64,000 nt of DNA from an uncultured Mycoplasmatota bacterium (lineage in GTDB: Bacteria > Bacillota_I > Bacilli_A > RF39 > UBA660). Below, piece by piece: positions 63,643 to 64,000 of this stretch (position 1 is the first letter of the stretch; each line of letters begins with the position of its first letter). The translations under genes and the position numbers were made by a program. The DNA is taken from contig CAMVED010000004.1 in NCBI GenBank assembly GCA_947166445.1, positions 2,617-66,616 on the forward strand. Direction: 5' to 3'. Below the pieces are notes generated by a model. That model was not told the origin of the DNA. It made no database searches and worked only from the letters and a program-made list of their open reading frames with translations.

Positions 63643-64000
63643 ATGGAAAAAGATACGACTAAAGAGTATTTTATATACGTTTGTATAATACTATTAATAA
63701 TATTTTTATGCAGTTTTATAGTAACTCCCGTACGTGTTAATGGAACTAGTATGTATCCTACTTTAAAAGATGGAGAAATAATGCTGTTAAACAAGATTAA
63801 TTATCGTTTTCATGATATTAAAAGATTTGATATTGTTGTAGTTAAAACTGATAATGAAAAAATAATAAAAAGAGTGATTGGTCTTCCTGGTGAAACATTA
63901 AAATTTGAAGATAATACTTTGTATATCGATGGACAGGAAGTAAAAGAACCTTATTTAAAAGAAGAAACTGCTGATTTTGATTTGTCTTTACTAGAAATGG
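63643..64000 (+). CDS. lepB: Signal peptidase I (LepB/SipS-type), 5' fragment running off the window
   Basis: My hand translation from ATG 63643 is MEKDTTKEYFIYVCIILLIIFLCSFIVTPVRVNGTSMYPTLKDGEIMLLNK...IIKRVIGLPGE. It shows the catalytic Ser box (GTSMYPTL) and box D (KRVIGLPGE). Confidence 0.85.
   Translation, partial: MEKDTTKEYFIYVCIILLIIFLCSFIVTPVRVNGTSMYPTLKDGEIMLLNKINYRFHDIKRFDIVVVKTDNEKIIKRVIGLPGETLKFEDNTLYIDGQEVKEPYLKEETADFDLSLLEM

Noticed and set aside
1-64000. Search for CRISPR arrays, rRNA genes, IS elements, transposases, integrases, prophage structural genes and large direct or inverted repeats flanking the accessory cassettes.
   Set aside because: I found no spacer-repeat periodicity, no rRNA-like GC-rich blocks, no DDE or tyrosine/serine recombinase motifs in any ORF, and no obvious terminal repeats around 1447-3724 or 17198-18341. 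The accessory genes therefore cannot be called a mobile element from this window.

Overview
64-kb chromosomal segment from a very AT-rich (roughly 27-29% GC by eye) endospore-forming Firmicute, Clostridia/Erysipelotrichia-like. I cannot assign a species without a database search. I count about 70 credible genes, and all but 7 are on the + strand.

Layout:
- 38-17197: a Wzx/Wzy-type capsule/wall-polysaccharide locus. It contains the CpsD kinase, CpsB phosphatase, priming sugar transferase, glycosyltransferases, Wzy, a TagF-like glycerophosphotransferase, Wzx, the FnlA/B/C (CapE/F/G) UDP-L-FucNAc pathway, LCP and VanZ. A small cassette with its own promoter (orphan AbiEi/AbiGi-like protein, Bro-N protein, acidic protein, tiny hydrophobic peptide) splits it at 1470-3590.
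- 17372-18503: an ORF6N-domain protein and an unannotated 53-aa Gly/Tyr/Cys-rich tiny membrane protein (YjcZ-like).
- 18638-24284: FtsW/RodA, comEA, comEC, a DUF1016 PDDEXK nuclease-like gene and a membrane protein.
- 24294-31398: housekeeping genes (mscS, an SDR, ynbB-like, ackA, nrnA-like, engB).
- 32440-37385: radC-mreC-mreD-spoIVFA-spoIVFB, without mreB or minCD.
- 37501-48705: a cadherin-like surface protein with a cytoplasmic zinc ribbon, an rRNA methyltransferase, a guanine-deaminase-like gene, thyA-folA-murD, spoIIGA-sigE (no sigG) followed directly by holA, rmuC and tRNA-Gly(GCC).
- 48767-64000: pepD, a J-domain membrane protein, a Tmk-like kinase, an operon of two translationally coupled group-1-like sigma-70 genes, pdp, a zinc-ribbon-TM2/DUF2752 pair, a gerA-type germinant receptor operon (A-C-B order), pcrA, a nucleotidyltransferase, rplS and the start of lepB.

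I saw no rRNA, CRISPR array, transposase or integrase.

The observations I consider most worth follow-up are:
- the tandem sigma operon
- the AbiEi-like/Bro-N cassette inside the capsule locus
- the ORF6N protein with an HKD-like C-terminal motif
- the missing canonical start codon of spoIVFB
- the small unannotated ORFs

All functional calls come from motif and family recognition by eye on the supplied translations. No searches were run.
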